In this document: positions 8,610 to 18,171 of the stretch, in pieces
Position numbering within the stretch: the stretch's first letter is position 1
How the letters are laid out: every line of letters starts with the position of its first letter
Program-made: the position numbers and the translations under genes
Assembly (NCBI GenBank): GCA_048938385.1
Contig: JBHLMG010000021.1
Location: 1 to 44,275, forward strand
From: Promethearchaeota archaeon
GTDB taxonomy: Archaea; Asgardarchaeota; Hermodarchaeia; Hermodarchaeales; Hermodarchaeaceae
Length of the DNA stretch: 44,275 bases
Direction: 5' to 3'
Notes under the pieces: generated by a model
Seen by the model: the letters and a program-made list of their open reading frames with translations, nothing else
What the model was told of the DNA's origin: nothing
Databases searched by the model: none

Positions 8610-8653
8610 CTAATTTTTAACTACTTCGTGCATTGATTGCTACAGACTTTAAA

Positions 8654-8786
8654 TGGTGCAGGGGACGGGATTTGAACCCGCGCAGGCCTACGCCACTGGG
8701 ACCTGAACCCAGCCCGTGTAGTCCCTGAAATGGTCCAAAATAAAAGGGAGCCCAGTTCAGGTTTGACCAAACTCCGGCACCCCTGC
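8654..8786 (-). tRNA. tRNA-Leu(CAG) with 45-nt intron at ~21/22 (8718-8762), CCA encoded
   Basis: GCAGGGG/CCCCTGC acceptor, CTGGG-TTCAGGT-CCCAG anticodon arm, long variable arm; BHB central helix GGTC/GACT and intron helix CCTGAA/TTCAGG. Confidence 0.93.
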
Positions 8787-8861
8787 ATGACCGTTCTATA
8801 CAGGATTGCTAAACTAGGGTACGAGATAACTTTTTCTCTTATATAGGGGACACGATTAGTT

Positions 8862-9704
8862 GTGCCAGCAGCTCTGTTTGAACCGGTTCAACGATTCTGG
8901 ATGCGACACCTTCAAAACGCTGCAGCGTTAGCTCGGCTTCGAGTGTTATCTTGTTTAAAAACCCGTAATAATCGCGATATCATTGGAACAGGTGCAGGTG
9001 GAGATACAACGAGGCAATTTGATTTCGTTGCCGAGCAAACAATGGTGAATTACCTTCGGCAGTATTCATCCTTCACCTTGATAAGTGAGGAGGCAGGAAT
9101 TCAGCAAATTGGTACCGACCCAAGCGGTTTTGTAATCATGGACCCAATCGATGGAAGTACGAATGTCAGTCATGGCATCTCTGTTGCGTGTATCGCACTT
9201 GCGTTTGCTCGAAAGGCGCACTTCGAATCCATCGAAGTTGCCGTGATACAAGACTTGTTTTCAAGAAATGTATACCATGCCATGAAAGGGAAAGGCGCTT
9301 GGAAAAATTATCAACCAATTCACGCCCCCGTTGAGGACCATTTGGAACCTCATCTGATCGGAGTTGATGATGAGTTTCCCTCCTTACATTACGCTAGTGA
9401 AAAAAACAGACCGAGTGAGTCTAGAATTCAATTTACAAGGCATTTCGGCGCGAATGCACTCGAGTTGTGTTTTGTAGCTGACGGTTCAATCGATGGATTC
9501 ATTGATTTGCGTAAGGTGTTTCGTGGCACTGACCTTGCAGCGCCCGCATTGATACTAAGAGAAGCAGGTGCCGCTTTAATTGATGAAACGGGTAAGGTTC
9601 TGACAGGCAGGTGTACGAATGATGAAAAGTATGCCCTTGTTGCAGCATGGAATGAGCAAATGGCAAAAAGACTCCTTGATTTAGCGCATGGTACAACAAG
9701 TTAA
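8862..9704 (+). CDS. suhB: Inositol monophosphatase/FBPase family protein
   Basis: GAGGDTTRQFD, LISEE, MDPIDGSTN, GANALELCFVADG, DLAA. Confidence 0.9.
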   Translation: MPAALFEPVQRFWMRHLQNAAALARLRVLSCLKTRNNRDIIGTGAGGDTTRQFDFVAEQTMVNYLRQYSSFTLISEEAGIQQIGTDPSGFVIMDPIDGSTNVSHGISVACIALAFARKAHFESIEVAVIQDLFSRNVYHAMKGKGAWKNYQPIHAPVEDHLEPHLIGVDDEFPSLHYASEKNRPSESRIQFTRHFGANALELCFVADGSIDGFIDLRKVFRGTDLAAPALILREAGAALIDETGKVLTGRCTNDEKYALVAAWNEQMAKRLLDLAHGTTS

Positions 9705-9726
9705 GAATTGCTCATTGATGCGCAGG

Positions 9727-10017
9727 TTAATCGTTTATCGTTTCAAGAATTGAGACGGCGTTCCAGATTCCCGTTCGTGCATGGCTTGGGCAGTTTGGAT
9801 CTAGCGTAGCATCACCAAGACGGGAAATAGCATTCGATGCTCTAACAGCAGCGGAACCCAGCTCACTGTGTAGAAGTTCAATCGCTTCGTTAGCGGCTCG
9901 GCGTATATTCCGAGGGACCGTACTGTCTTCGCCAATTTGGGAGAGGATCATCGTGGCTTGATCGATTTTCTTCATAGTCTCCTCTGACACTTCGTTGGGT
10001 TCGGTAGGTTCAACCAT
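9727..10017 (-). CDS. UPF0147 family protein
   Basis: [12 protein letters not shown]...[13 protein letters not shown] signature. Confidence 0.9.
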   Translation of the reverse strand: MVEPTEPNEVSEETMKKIDQATMILSQIGEDSTVPRNIRRAANEAIELLHSELGSAAVRASNAISRLGDATLDPNCPSHARTGIWNAVSILETIND

Positions 10018-10108
10018 AGTTAAGCCCCCTCGGCGTACTGCTAATGGGATTGGCTGTTGGAGGTAGTAAGATTACTTAAAAGCTTTTTTCACTGATAATA
10101 AGCTTAGT

Positions 10109-10465
10109 ATGTCAGATGAGAATATCACCAAACACATGGGTCAGTTACTTCGAAAAGGCGCTGCCCTCCTCAATGTCGCTTGCCCTAAATGTAATACTCC
10201 GCTTCTCCGGCTAAAGGATGCAACGATGTATTGTGCGAAATGTGACAAACAAGTGGTAGAACAAAAAGCTACTACAGCAGGAGTGGATCGTGAAGTCGTT
10301 CGCGAGAATATATTAAACGCCTTGGCCACCCGCACGCTTTCCAGTTTAGAAAATTTATTGCAATCACTTCCTGAGCAGCCTCATCCTGAGGAGATTCGAG
10401 CTTTTGCAAGTGTTGCCAAGGATTTAATAGAAATTCTACGCGGAATTCAAAAGCTTCAAAGATAA
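10109..10465 (+). CDS. UPF0148 / SSSCA1-like zinc-ribbon protein
   Basis: MGQLLRKGAALL..CPKCNTPL..YCAKC; divergent from UPF0147 as commonly seen in archaea. Confidence 0.88.
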   Translation: MSDENITKHMGQLLRKGAALLNVACPKCNTPLLRLKDATMYCAKCDKQVVEQKATTAGVDREVVRENILNALATRTLSSLENLLQSLPEQPHPEEIRAFASVAKDLIEILRGIQKLQR

Positions 10466-10471
10466 GATGCT

Positions 10472-12751
10472 TCACTCTTCAGGTTCGTAATGTGCATCCA
10501 AGGCTTCTCGGATTTTTTGGGCCTTTATTTTACCAATTCCATGGATTTCGCTGAGCTGATCAGTTGTAGCGTTTATGATGGCGGTTATGTTACCAAACTG
10601 GTTGAGTAGTCGCTTTGCTAAAGTGGTGTTGATTCCAGGAAGCCCGGCTATGATGTATTCTTGAAGCGTTGACATGCGCAAAACAGGCTTCTTCCCTCGG
10701 AAACTAATGACCTGTTTTCTTTCAGTCTGTTCCTGTCGGGCGATTGCATACATGAGTGCGGCGGCTTCTTGGGGGTTTTTAGCATTTACAACAGGAATCT
10801 GAAAATCGATGATAGCTGACGAGAGGGCGCCTCTTACTGCTGCAGGATTGATGGCGCTTGATCCATACAGGCTTGCGCCCGTTATTAGAAGTAGCGGTAT
10901 TGGAAAATTGTCTTTCAGATCACTGAGCTGCGAGAATAATCGTCGATCGATTATTGACTGAGCAAAGTCGTCTGCAGTTTTTGCTTCGACAGCGACGCGA
11001 CTTGAGAGGAGATAATCTCCGACTTCTAGGGTTTCAACTTGGATTTCAACATTGAATTCTTTCAAGGCTTTCGTAATTGGAGAACGAAGCTCCCGGCTGT
11101 CGACAATTATGCAAATAGAACCTTCGTTCTGAGAGGGTGTTGAGTTCATGAAGTCCTTCAATGTAGATTGTTTTCTTGTTCGAGCTAGTTCTTGGGACAT
11201 GTTTTGCATCTCCTTCAATGAAGCACGCATTCTTGCTTCGCGGTGAATTGCAGCCCAGTAATAACTTTGATCACGGGTTCCCAGTGCAACTAATACGATT
11301 ACACGCCCTGGGTGCGTTCGTCCTGTTCGCCCTCTTCGTTGAATGAGTCGAACCGCACTTGGTACCGCTTCGTAGAAAATCACGAGGTCACATTCTTGGA
11401 TATCTAGACCTTCTTCACCAACGCTAGTCGCCACCAGCACATTATAAGTGCCTTCACGGAACAACTGGAGAATCTGTCCTTGTTCCTTTTGGCTTAAGCC
11501 ACGATCCGCTCCTCGAGTGGCTTGCCCCACAAAGCGAATAGGTCGAGTGCTGGGGAGCTCAGAGAGCTTGGTTTCCAAGAGTTTAGCTGTGTCACGGAAT
11601 CGAGTAAACAGCATAATTCGTGAGTTGGGGATGTTAGAGAACTGTTGCGTCACGATACGTATTAATTCATTTAATTTCGGGTGTTCAATATTGGACTCGA
11701 CTAGTTCTTCAATTAGTGTCAAGGCGCCTAATAGGTTGACATCTTGAGCCAGCTCTCGTACAGCTTTGGATGTTTTTCGCTTCGTTGACTCTTGCTGGAT
11801 GCTTTTTAGGTATCGATGAAGAGCTGATACTCCTTGGGTTTCTAATAGTTCGATACAATGGTAGAGGCGAAGTAGTGCCGCGCAGTGAGAAACGAGTTGA
11901 AATAAGTGACTGGCAGGAGACGGTTCCGAGCTGATTTTTTGTTGAATTTGTCGTTGTATCTCCAATATTTGTCGAACAGAGATGTTCTGAGGTGAACTTG
12001 TATTGGTAAATCCTGTTTCTTTCAATTGAGCCAATCGGCGTTTGATGGCCTCTCTGATTTTTTGACCTACGAGGTGAAATTTTTCTGGCAGTACAATTTC
12101 TTGCCATTCAAAGTCTACTGGTGGTAGATAAGGAGCAACATCAGGACTTTTGCGTGTGCGTAATTCGATGCTATTGATGCCAAGGTTTGCAACAATTTCA
12201 CGGACTTTTTCAATTTCTGAACCCGGAGAAGCAGTCAAAGCTAAAAGCAGAGGATTTTTCGCGTTTTTGAGATACTGCTTGGCAATGAACACATAAGCGT
12301 AATCGCCTATAGCTCGGTGAGCTTCATCTACCACAAGGAGCGAGACATTCCCTAACGTATAGCGGCTCGAGAGCAAATCGTTCTGTAGAACTTGTGGAGT
12401 CATGAAGGAAATTTGGATCTGTTCCCACAGCTTCTGCCGTTTTTCTGGATTTATTTCACCGGTCAGTTCTGCTAATTGGTCTGCTGTTAGGTTCATGAAC
12501 TCTTGAAAGGTTTTCAGGTGCTGGAGAACGAGAGGTTTCGTTGGAGCAAGAATTACACATTTTGAGTTAGGATGTTTTTTAAGTTGGTAAGCGGCAGCTA
12601 GAACCGCGATAACTGTTTTTCCAACCCCCGTCGGAAGTACAACTAAGGTGTTCCACTTGACAGCGGTACCAATTATGGTTTCTTGGTACAATCTTTTCGC
12701 GATTGTGTTTGGTTTGATGAGAGGATGTTGTACATATTCCGTTTCAGGCAT
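10472..12751 (-). CDS. hef: Hef helicase/ERCC4 nuclease (FANCM-like)
   Basis: PTGVGKT, DEAH, TASPG, EEGLDI, QRRGRTGR; ERCC4 domain VDSRE..GDY..E(A)K; tandem HhH at the C-terminus; PIP-like QSTLKDFM in the linker. Confidence 0.96.
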   Translation of the reverse strand: MPETEYVQHPLIKPNTIAKRLYQETIIGTAVKWNTLVVLPTGVGKTVIAVLAAAYQLKKHPNSKCVILAPTKPLVLQHLKTFQEFMNLTADQLAELTGEINPEKRQKLWEQIQISFMTPQVLQNDLLSSRYTLGNVSLLVVDEAHRAIGDYAYVFIAKQYLKNAKNPLLLALTASPGSEIEKVREIVANLGINSIELRTRKSPDVAPYLPPVDFEWQEIVLPEKFHLVGQKIREAIKRRLAQLKETGFTNTSSPQNISVRQILEIQRQIQQKISSEPSPASHLFQLVSHCAALLRLYHCIELLETQGVSALHRYLKSIQQESTKRKTSKAVRELAQDVNLLGALTLIEELVESNIEHPKLNELIRIVTQQFSNIPNSRIMLFTRFRDTAKLLETKLSELPSTRPIRFVGQATRGADRGLSQKEQGQILQLFREGTYNVLVATSVGEEGLDIQECDLVIFYEAVPSAVRLIQRRGRTGRTHPGRVIVLVALGTRDQSYYWAAIHREARMRASLKEMQNMSQELARTRKQSTLKDFMNSTPSQNEGSICIIVDSRELRSPITKALKEFNVEIQVETLEVGDYLLSSRVAVEAKTADDFAQSIIDRRLFSQLSDLKDNFPIPLLLITGASLYGSSAINPAAVRGALSSAIIDFQIPVVNAKNPQEAAALMYAIARQEQTERKQVISFRGKKPVLRMSTLQEYIIAGLPGINTTLAKRLLNQFGNITAIINATTDQLSEIHGIGKIKAQKIREALDAHYEPEE

Positions 12752-12865
12752 GCAAATCGCAGCATTCTTGTGTTAATCGGTGTAAAGCCTTGTCTGAAAT
12801 CCTTTTATTACCCGCATTTATATTGAACTATATTCCACAAATTATTAGTTTGGAGCGTAACCGTA

Positions 12866-13198
12866 ATGTCGAAATCAAGTGTTCCTTCAATGGTTGAAGC
12901 TGAAGTATATGAACTTAACATGCCCGGAAGTATCGTAGGCAAGGAAGTAATTGACGGAAGCGCACGCCGTATTGGTATTGTTCGTAGCCTTCGAATCACG
13001 CTGCCCCCGGGAAAGGTTGAATTACAAGTCAAGGGTTTGGGTGTAGAACTTCCGATAGATGTCTCCAACATCACCGCAGTGGGTAATGTGATTCAACTAT
13101 CAAACACCGTCAAAGAAGCAGAAGAGATTTCCATTGCGGATGTTCAACGCCTCCGAGAAGAGACATGGAAAGAAGTCCAAGGACTTGTTATTCGTTAG
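12866..13198 (+). CDS. PRC-barrel domain protein
   Basis: IVGKEVIDGSARRIGIV...ITAVGNVIQL pattern. Confidence 0.75.
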   Translation: MSKSSVPSMVEAEVYELNMPGSIVGKEVIDGSARRIGIVRSLRITLPPGKVELQVKGLGVELPIDVSNITAVGNVIQLSNTVKEAEEISIADVQRLREETWKEVQGLVIR

Positions 13199-13271
13199 AA
13201 AACTCTTATTATTGAAAGATAAGAGCGTTTATTTCTACTTGCCCAATCTTGAACGATAAGGTACGATTAGA

Positions 13272-15212
13272 GTGAAGAAGAAAAAGCCATACCTCGGTCC
13301 GCTGTTACTTGCATGGTGTGATACCTGCAATGTACCCCTCATAAGAAAAGCAAGATGCGGACGATGCGGAAATCAAACCCGCGATGTTCCGATTACACCA
13401 CCGGGAGATGTTCGCCCTGCCTTTACCGCTGATCGAGAACAAATTATCAACTCCCTCTCCAAGCTATTCTCCCAAGATGTAGCACAGAAGCTAATTCCTT
13501 CTGACAAAATCGTACTTCTTAATGCTATTCCCGACATCGATTGTTGTGAAGAAGTAATCGTTGATGGACAAATAATTGGGCTCCACCGGTATCGCGTAGA
13601 AACTCTATCTTGGGAATTTATCCCTAAAATTGAGGGCGCTCGTCGGCTGGTTAAGCTTACTAAAGCAAAACAAGTGGTTATCGAGGATACTGCAGTAAGG
13701 TTCATTGTTGGTGGCGCCAATCTCTTACGACCCGGAATAAAAACCGCTGATTCAACAATAAGCCAAGGAGACTATGTCATTGGTGTTACAGAAGAAGGAA
13801 AAGCAATCTTCGTGGGTATTGCTATGATGACAGGAGCGGAAATGCGTACCAAGGAACGCGGTGTGGCTGTGAAGAAACGATACAAAGCTGAGCCCTCTGA
13901 ACATCAAATTTTACCTAGTGGTCAAACCATGGAGCAGGTACTAGAAGCCAACGCAAAGCTTCTCCAACGAATCGAGCAGGAAGCAATCACCTTCATTCAA
14001 CAGACTTCTGAAAAATATCATCTTCCAATCGCTGTCGCATTTTCGGGAGGAAAAGACAGTCTGGCCGTTCTTTTGCTAACCCAAAAAGCGCTTCTAGACC
14101 GTTCCTTTAATGTCATGTTCGTTGATACCGGAATAGAGTTCCCTGAAACTGTCAAGAATGTGTACTCGACGGCTTCTAAGCTTGGCGTAGAAAATCACCT
14201 TTTAGTAACACAGGTTAGCAAAGACCAGTTCTTCCAGGTTTTGAATCTGTACGGATTTGTCGCACGCGATTACCGTGTTTGTTGCAAGTCAGTCAAGCTG
14301 GGTCCAACAAGTCAATTAATTGAAAAGCATTTCCCAAAGGGGTGTTTGAGTTTCATTGGACAACGGCGATATGAATCGATTCGTCGTTCGGGGAGTGGGA
14401 GAATTTGGCGAAACCCATGGGTACCAAAGCAAGTCGGAGCAAGCCCAATCCACAATTGGACAGCGTTAATGATCTGGTTATATCTTTTCCAAGAAAAAGC
14501 CCCATACAATCCACTCTATGAAGCGGGATTTGAACGAATTGGCTGCATGTTTTGTCCCGCCTCAAACATGAATGAATTCGAGATCATCGCTTCTCGATAT
14601 CCCAATGAATGGGAGCAGTGGATTAGCACTGCTAAGCAGATAGCCAAAAAGCAAGGATATGATCCAAAATGGGTACACCACGGGTTTTGGCGATGGAAAA
14701 AGCCACCACCTAAAGTCGTTGAACTCGCTTTGAAGATGGGCCTTGACCTCGAACCTTCAGTCGCGGACTCTTCTGAGGCTTTGATTTCCTATGATTACTC
14801 CATAGAACAGAGAGGAGAACCTTCCGGGGTTCTAATTAATGGTCGGTTTAGCAAGCCGATTAATCTTGTTAGAGCCGCGGCATTTCTTTATGCCTTGGGC
14901 GATGTCGTCTTAGATCTTGAACGAAGCATGCTCGAAATTAGTCTAACAGGTAACAACGGTTCAGGTCACGGCTTTATTTTTGAAACGGGATATTTCGTGA
15001 TTTCGGGCGAACCCGTTAAGGAGACAGCAGAGTTAATTCTCAAGACCGTTCTCCGTGGACTCTTGTGTACTTCGTGCGGTACTTGTGCCACGCTCTGTTC
15101 AAGCGGAGCTATTGTGCTTGAGGAGAGACAGGCCCACATTAACAACGAGAAATGTATTCGATGTGGAAAGTGTCTAAGAGGTAAATGCCCCAGTTTGTAT
15201 GCTACCAATTAA
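13272..15212 (+). CDS. PAPS-reductase-family (PP-loop) protein with Zn ribbon, PUA and C-terminal 4Fe-4S domains
   Basis: WCDTCNVP..CGRC, PPGDVRP, PUA GANLLRPGI, SGGKDS, CCKSVK, RIGCMFCP, C-terminal ferredoxin-type Cys motifs. Confidence 0.9.
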   Translation: MKKKKPYLGPLLLAWCDTCNVPLIRKARCGRCGNQTRDVPITPPGDVRPAFTADREQIINSLSKLFSQDVAQKLIPSDKIVLLNAIPDIDCCEEVIVDGQIIGLHRYRVETLSWEFIPKIEGARRLVKLTKAKQVVIEDTAVRFIVGGANLLRPGIKTADSTISQGDYVIGVTEEGKAIFVGIAMMTGAEMRTKERGVAVKKRYKAEPSEHQILPSGQTMEQVLEANAKLLQRIEQEAITFIQQTSEKYHLPIAVAFSGGKDSLAVLLLTQKALLDRSFNVMFVDTGIEFPETVKNVYSTASKLGVENHLLVTQVSKDQFFQVLNLYGFVARDYRVCCKSVKLGPTSQLIEKHFPKGCLSFIGQRRYESIRRSGSGRIWRNPWVPKQVGASPIHNWTALMIWLYLFQEKAPYNPLYEAGFERIGCMFCPASNMNEFEIIASRYPNEWEQWISTAKQIAKKQGYDPKWVHHGFWRWKKPPPKVVELALKMGLDLEPSVADSSEALISYDYSIEQRGEPSGVLINGRFSKPINLVRAAAFLYALGDVVLDLERSMLEISLTGNNGSGHGFIFETGYFVISGEPVKETAELILKTVLRGLLCTSCGTCATLCSSGAIVLEERQAHINNEKCIRCGKCLRGKCPSLYATN

Positions 15213-15332
15213 GCCAATTTGTGGCTTAGAAATCCTGCCGATCTATACTTCAGATGCGCTGCTCCTCTCTGGAACCTACAGATATACGATGAACCACTAA
15301 CTTTTTCAGTGTTGACTGAGGGAGCGGCTTCT

Positions 15333-17225
15333 ATGAGCGAGAATGTAAAGAGCACAATCTCGCTGTACAGATCGCTCTTCAAAATTCCGAGTAGCCATGT
15401 TCTTCTTTTAATTACCATAGCGTTAGCAATCATTGTAGGTGGATTAACTGAAGTTTTACGAAATTTTGCTGGGCACCTCTTCGCCCCTGTGTTTGTGATT
15501 GGCGCATTACGAGGAATGATAATTATATTGCCAGCAGCCATTTTAGCCGTGCTAACCCTCCGGATAGTCATTCGAAATCACGGATTTTTGACTGTGAACA
15601 GGCTTCTTGGTGTCGTAACAACCGCAGCAGGTATGTTTTTAGCAGTTTGGTTTTTGTCTACCCTTCTTGGGTGGAGCATAGAGCTTTTTTTCAAACTCAA
15701 TTATGGACCGCTTGCAGGAGCAGGTATTACTACCATCTTCTACTCACGTAGTCTCATTTTAGCCGCGGCTATTATTTCAGCAATTATCCTCCTTGTAGTG
15801 CTGAGTGTTAGTAGAGTAGGTGTTGTTATCGGAGCTTTTCTTACTCTAGTTTTCCCAACTCTGTGTGTTATATCGTATATATTCACTGAGCCCTTGTTAT
15901 GGGTTGGTGGTTGGGTAATTTTTCTTGGAGTATACCTAGCCAGTGCCTTCCTTTTTATTAGTGCGTCTTGGATTCTTGTTTCCCTGGTTGGGCAGCCATT
16001 GAAAAAAGTCTTCAATATTAACGGAATTCAACTGTTCCGTGGTTTTCTTGAAGTCTGGATGGAGGGGAAGGCAGATCTCATGGAAGAAAGCCTCACTCAA
16101 ATTGGGCAGGAGAAAACCCTCCCACTATCAGTGGTGAAGTTTAAAACGGAGTCATTAGACCCGCGGCTTGTTTATGTGGTAGCCGGTGTTCATCCGGGTC
16201 CTTTCAAGAAAACCGGAAGCAGTGCATTACCCAGTTATATTGCCAAGTGGGGTCATGATGAATTGGGTTCAATCGCTTGTGCACCGCACGGCACTGCAAC
16301 TCACGATCTTAACTTGGTTTCAAAAATTGAAGTTAATCGCTTTATAGAAAGTTTACGACGCGCCTACGCACAGACTGCTTCTGTTGGAGAAGTATCTCAG
16401 TTTGTTAGATCCACCTCTCGAACTATCCAAGTGGGTTGCCAGATTTTTGGTGACACCGCTTTTCTTACCGTCACTCGATCACCTTATGAAATGGACGACA
16501 TTAGCTTGAAGGTAGCTAATCGCGTCTGTGAAGAAGTGAAGAAGCTGGTTAAGCGTTGTGTTATCGTTGACAGCCATAATTGCATGACAGCACTAAAAGA
16601 ATCAGTTTATGAAGATTCAGAACTCGTCCCCGATCTCATTAGCGCTGCAGTAACAGCTACACGCCAAGCCATAAAAACTCCCCGTGCCACAGCACATATT
16701 GGAGTGGTAACACAAAAGAAAACAGGATTTTCCGCCGACAAGGGTATGGGCCCTGAAGGCATCACTGTACTAGTCGTTGAGGTTGCAGGGCAAAAAACTG
16801 CCTATGTCCTCATCGATGGAAACAACATGGTTGTGGGACTTCGAGAGAAACTCCTCCAAGACCTGGTACCTGTAATAGTAGATGCCGCAGAAATAATGAC
16901 GACCGATACCCATGAAACCTCTGCCATATCAACACGCAACGGATATAGCCCAATAGGAGAAGCAATATCGCACCCCGCTCTGAGCAAGCTAATAGTTAAT
17001 CTGGTTAAGGAAGCAAATAGTACTCTTGAACCCGCCACCATTGAAATCTTTCAAGGCGACACAGACCCCTTGGTAATCATGGGCGAAGGGAATGTGGAAA
17101 AACTCACTAGCCTAATATCTGTCTCCGCACGCGTTGCACAACGCGTGGGAATAATCGCTTATGGAATCGCGTTATTGATTACCCTCTTTCTTCTTTCTAT
17201 TCTTCCAATTTTCCTCCTAATGTAG
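15333..17225 (+). CDS. DUF2070 family membrane protein
   Basis: Multiple N-terminal TM segments; HPGPF, HGTATHD, DSHN, DGNN, TTDTH motifs; ATG 15333 after GGGAG preferred over TTG 15219. Confidence 0.85.
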   Translation: MSENVKSTISLYRSLFKIPSSHVLLLITIALAIIVGGLTEVLRNFAGHLFAPVFVIGALRGMIIILPAAILAVLTLRIVIRNHGFLTVNRLLGVVTTAAGMFLAVWFLSTLLGWSIELFFKLNYGPLAGAGITTIFYSRSLILAAAIISAIILLVVLSVSRVGVVIGAFLTLVFPTLCVISYIFTEPLLWVGGWVIFLGVYLASAFLFISASWILVSLVGQPLKKVFNINGIQLFRGFLEVWMEGKADLMEESLTQIGQEKTLPLSVVKFKTESLDPRLVYVVAGVHPGPFKKTGSSALPSYIAKWGHDELGSIACAPHGTATHDLNLVSKIEVNRFIESLRRAYAQTASVGEVSQFVRSTSRTIQVGCQIFGDTAFLTVTRSPYEMDDISLKVANRVCEEVKKLVKRCVIVDSHNCMTALKESVYEDSELVPDLISAAVTATRQAIKTPRATAHIGVVTQKKTGFSADKGMGPEGITVLVVEVAGQKTAYVLIDGNNMVVGLREKLLQDLVPVIVDAAEIMTTDTHETSAISTRNGYSPIGEAISHPALSKLIVNLVKEANSTLEPATIEIFQGDTDPLVIMGEGNVEKLTSLISVSARVAQRVGIIAYGIALLITLFLLSILPIFLLM

Positions 17226-17290
17226 CTGTTCATAACTTTTTTTAGAGGAAGGTATGTTTGGTTACGCTATCCACACTGGGCGGATTCAAC

Positions 17291-17863
17291 ATGAAACTCT
17301 TTGAAATTCGTTTCCATGGGCGTGGCGGTCAAGGTGCTGTCACGGGTGCAAAAATCCTGGGCGACGCAACGCGGATGGAGGATAAGCACTTTCAGGCCTT
17401 CGCACACTATGGCGCTGAGCGACGAGGCGCTCCCGTAATGGCGTTCACACGAGTAGCAGATGAGCCCATTCGAATACATAGTTATATCTACGAGCCAGAA
17501 GCTGTTGTCATTCTCGATGAAACACTGCTTGAAAACCCTATTGTGCAGAATGGCATTAAAGAGGGAATTTTTGTAATTGTCAATACGCCACGATCACCTA
17601 AAGAGATCAAGCTTAAGGTGAAAACGAAGGTTTCGACTGTCGATGCGACCAAGATCGCCTTAGAAAAAGGAATTCTAGTAGCAGGCATTGCAGTAGTCAA
17701 CACCATCATGTTAGGAGCCGTTGCCCGCGCCACAAACATCGTTTCTATTGAAAGTGTAAAGAACGCAATTCGCAAGACGCTAGCTGACCTTCCCGAGAAA
17801 GTAGTCGAAACGAATGTTGAAGCTGCCCAACGCGCATACGATGAACTAAGAACGGAGAATTAA
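17291..17863 (+). CDS. porC: Pyruvate/2-ketoisovalerate:ferredoxin oxidoreductase gamma subunit
   Basis: EIRFHGRGGQGAVT, YGAERRGAPV, NTIMLGA. Confidence 0.95.
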   Translation: MKLFEIRFHGRGGQGAVTGAKILGDATRMEDKHFQAFAHYGAERRGAPVMAFTRVADEPIRIHSYIYEPEAVVILDETLLENPIVQNGIKEGIFVIVNTPRSPKEIKLKVKTKVSTVDATKIALEKGILVAGIAVVNTIMLGAVARATNIVSIESVKNAIRKTLADLPEKVVETNVEAAQRAYDELRTEN

Positions 17864-17865
17864 CC

Positions 17866-18171
17866 ATGACCCCCCTCAAGCGAGAACTACCAGAAAGACG
17901 CATCACCTGTATTACTTACCCAGAGCCCGGAGCAATGGGTCGAACAGGTGATTGGCGTATATTTCGTCCAGTCGTAGATAAGGAAAAGTGTACTGGTTGC
18001 CAAATCTGCTGGATGTATTGTCCAGATGCCGCAATTACCATGGATGAAGATAACAAACCTATCATTAATCTTGAATACTGTAAAGGTTGTATGATTTGTG
18101 AAACTAATTGCCCGGTAAAAGCCATTAGTCGTATTCGTGAAACAGAGGCAGACATTAATCTAAATGAATAA
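17866..18171 (+). CDS. porD: 2-oxoacid:ferredoxin oxidoreductase delta subunit
   Basis: TGDWRIFRP and two CxxCxxCxxxCP clusters. Confidence 0.95.
   Translation: MTPLKRELPERRITCITYPEPGAMGRTGDWRIFRPVVDKEKCTGCQICWMYCPDAAITMDEDNKPIINLEYCKGCMICETNCPVKAISRIRETEADINLNE

Noticed and set aside
8610-8653. tRNA 3' ends as integration (att) sites
   Set aside because: No duplicated tRNA 3' segment or integrase is visible, and the flanks are housekeeping genes; the same applies to tRNA-Pro.
15219-15332. N-terminal extension of DUF2070 from TTG
   Set aside because: Does not look like part of the family; ATG 15333 has an SD-like GGGAG.
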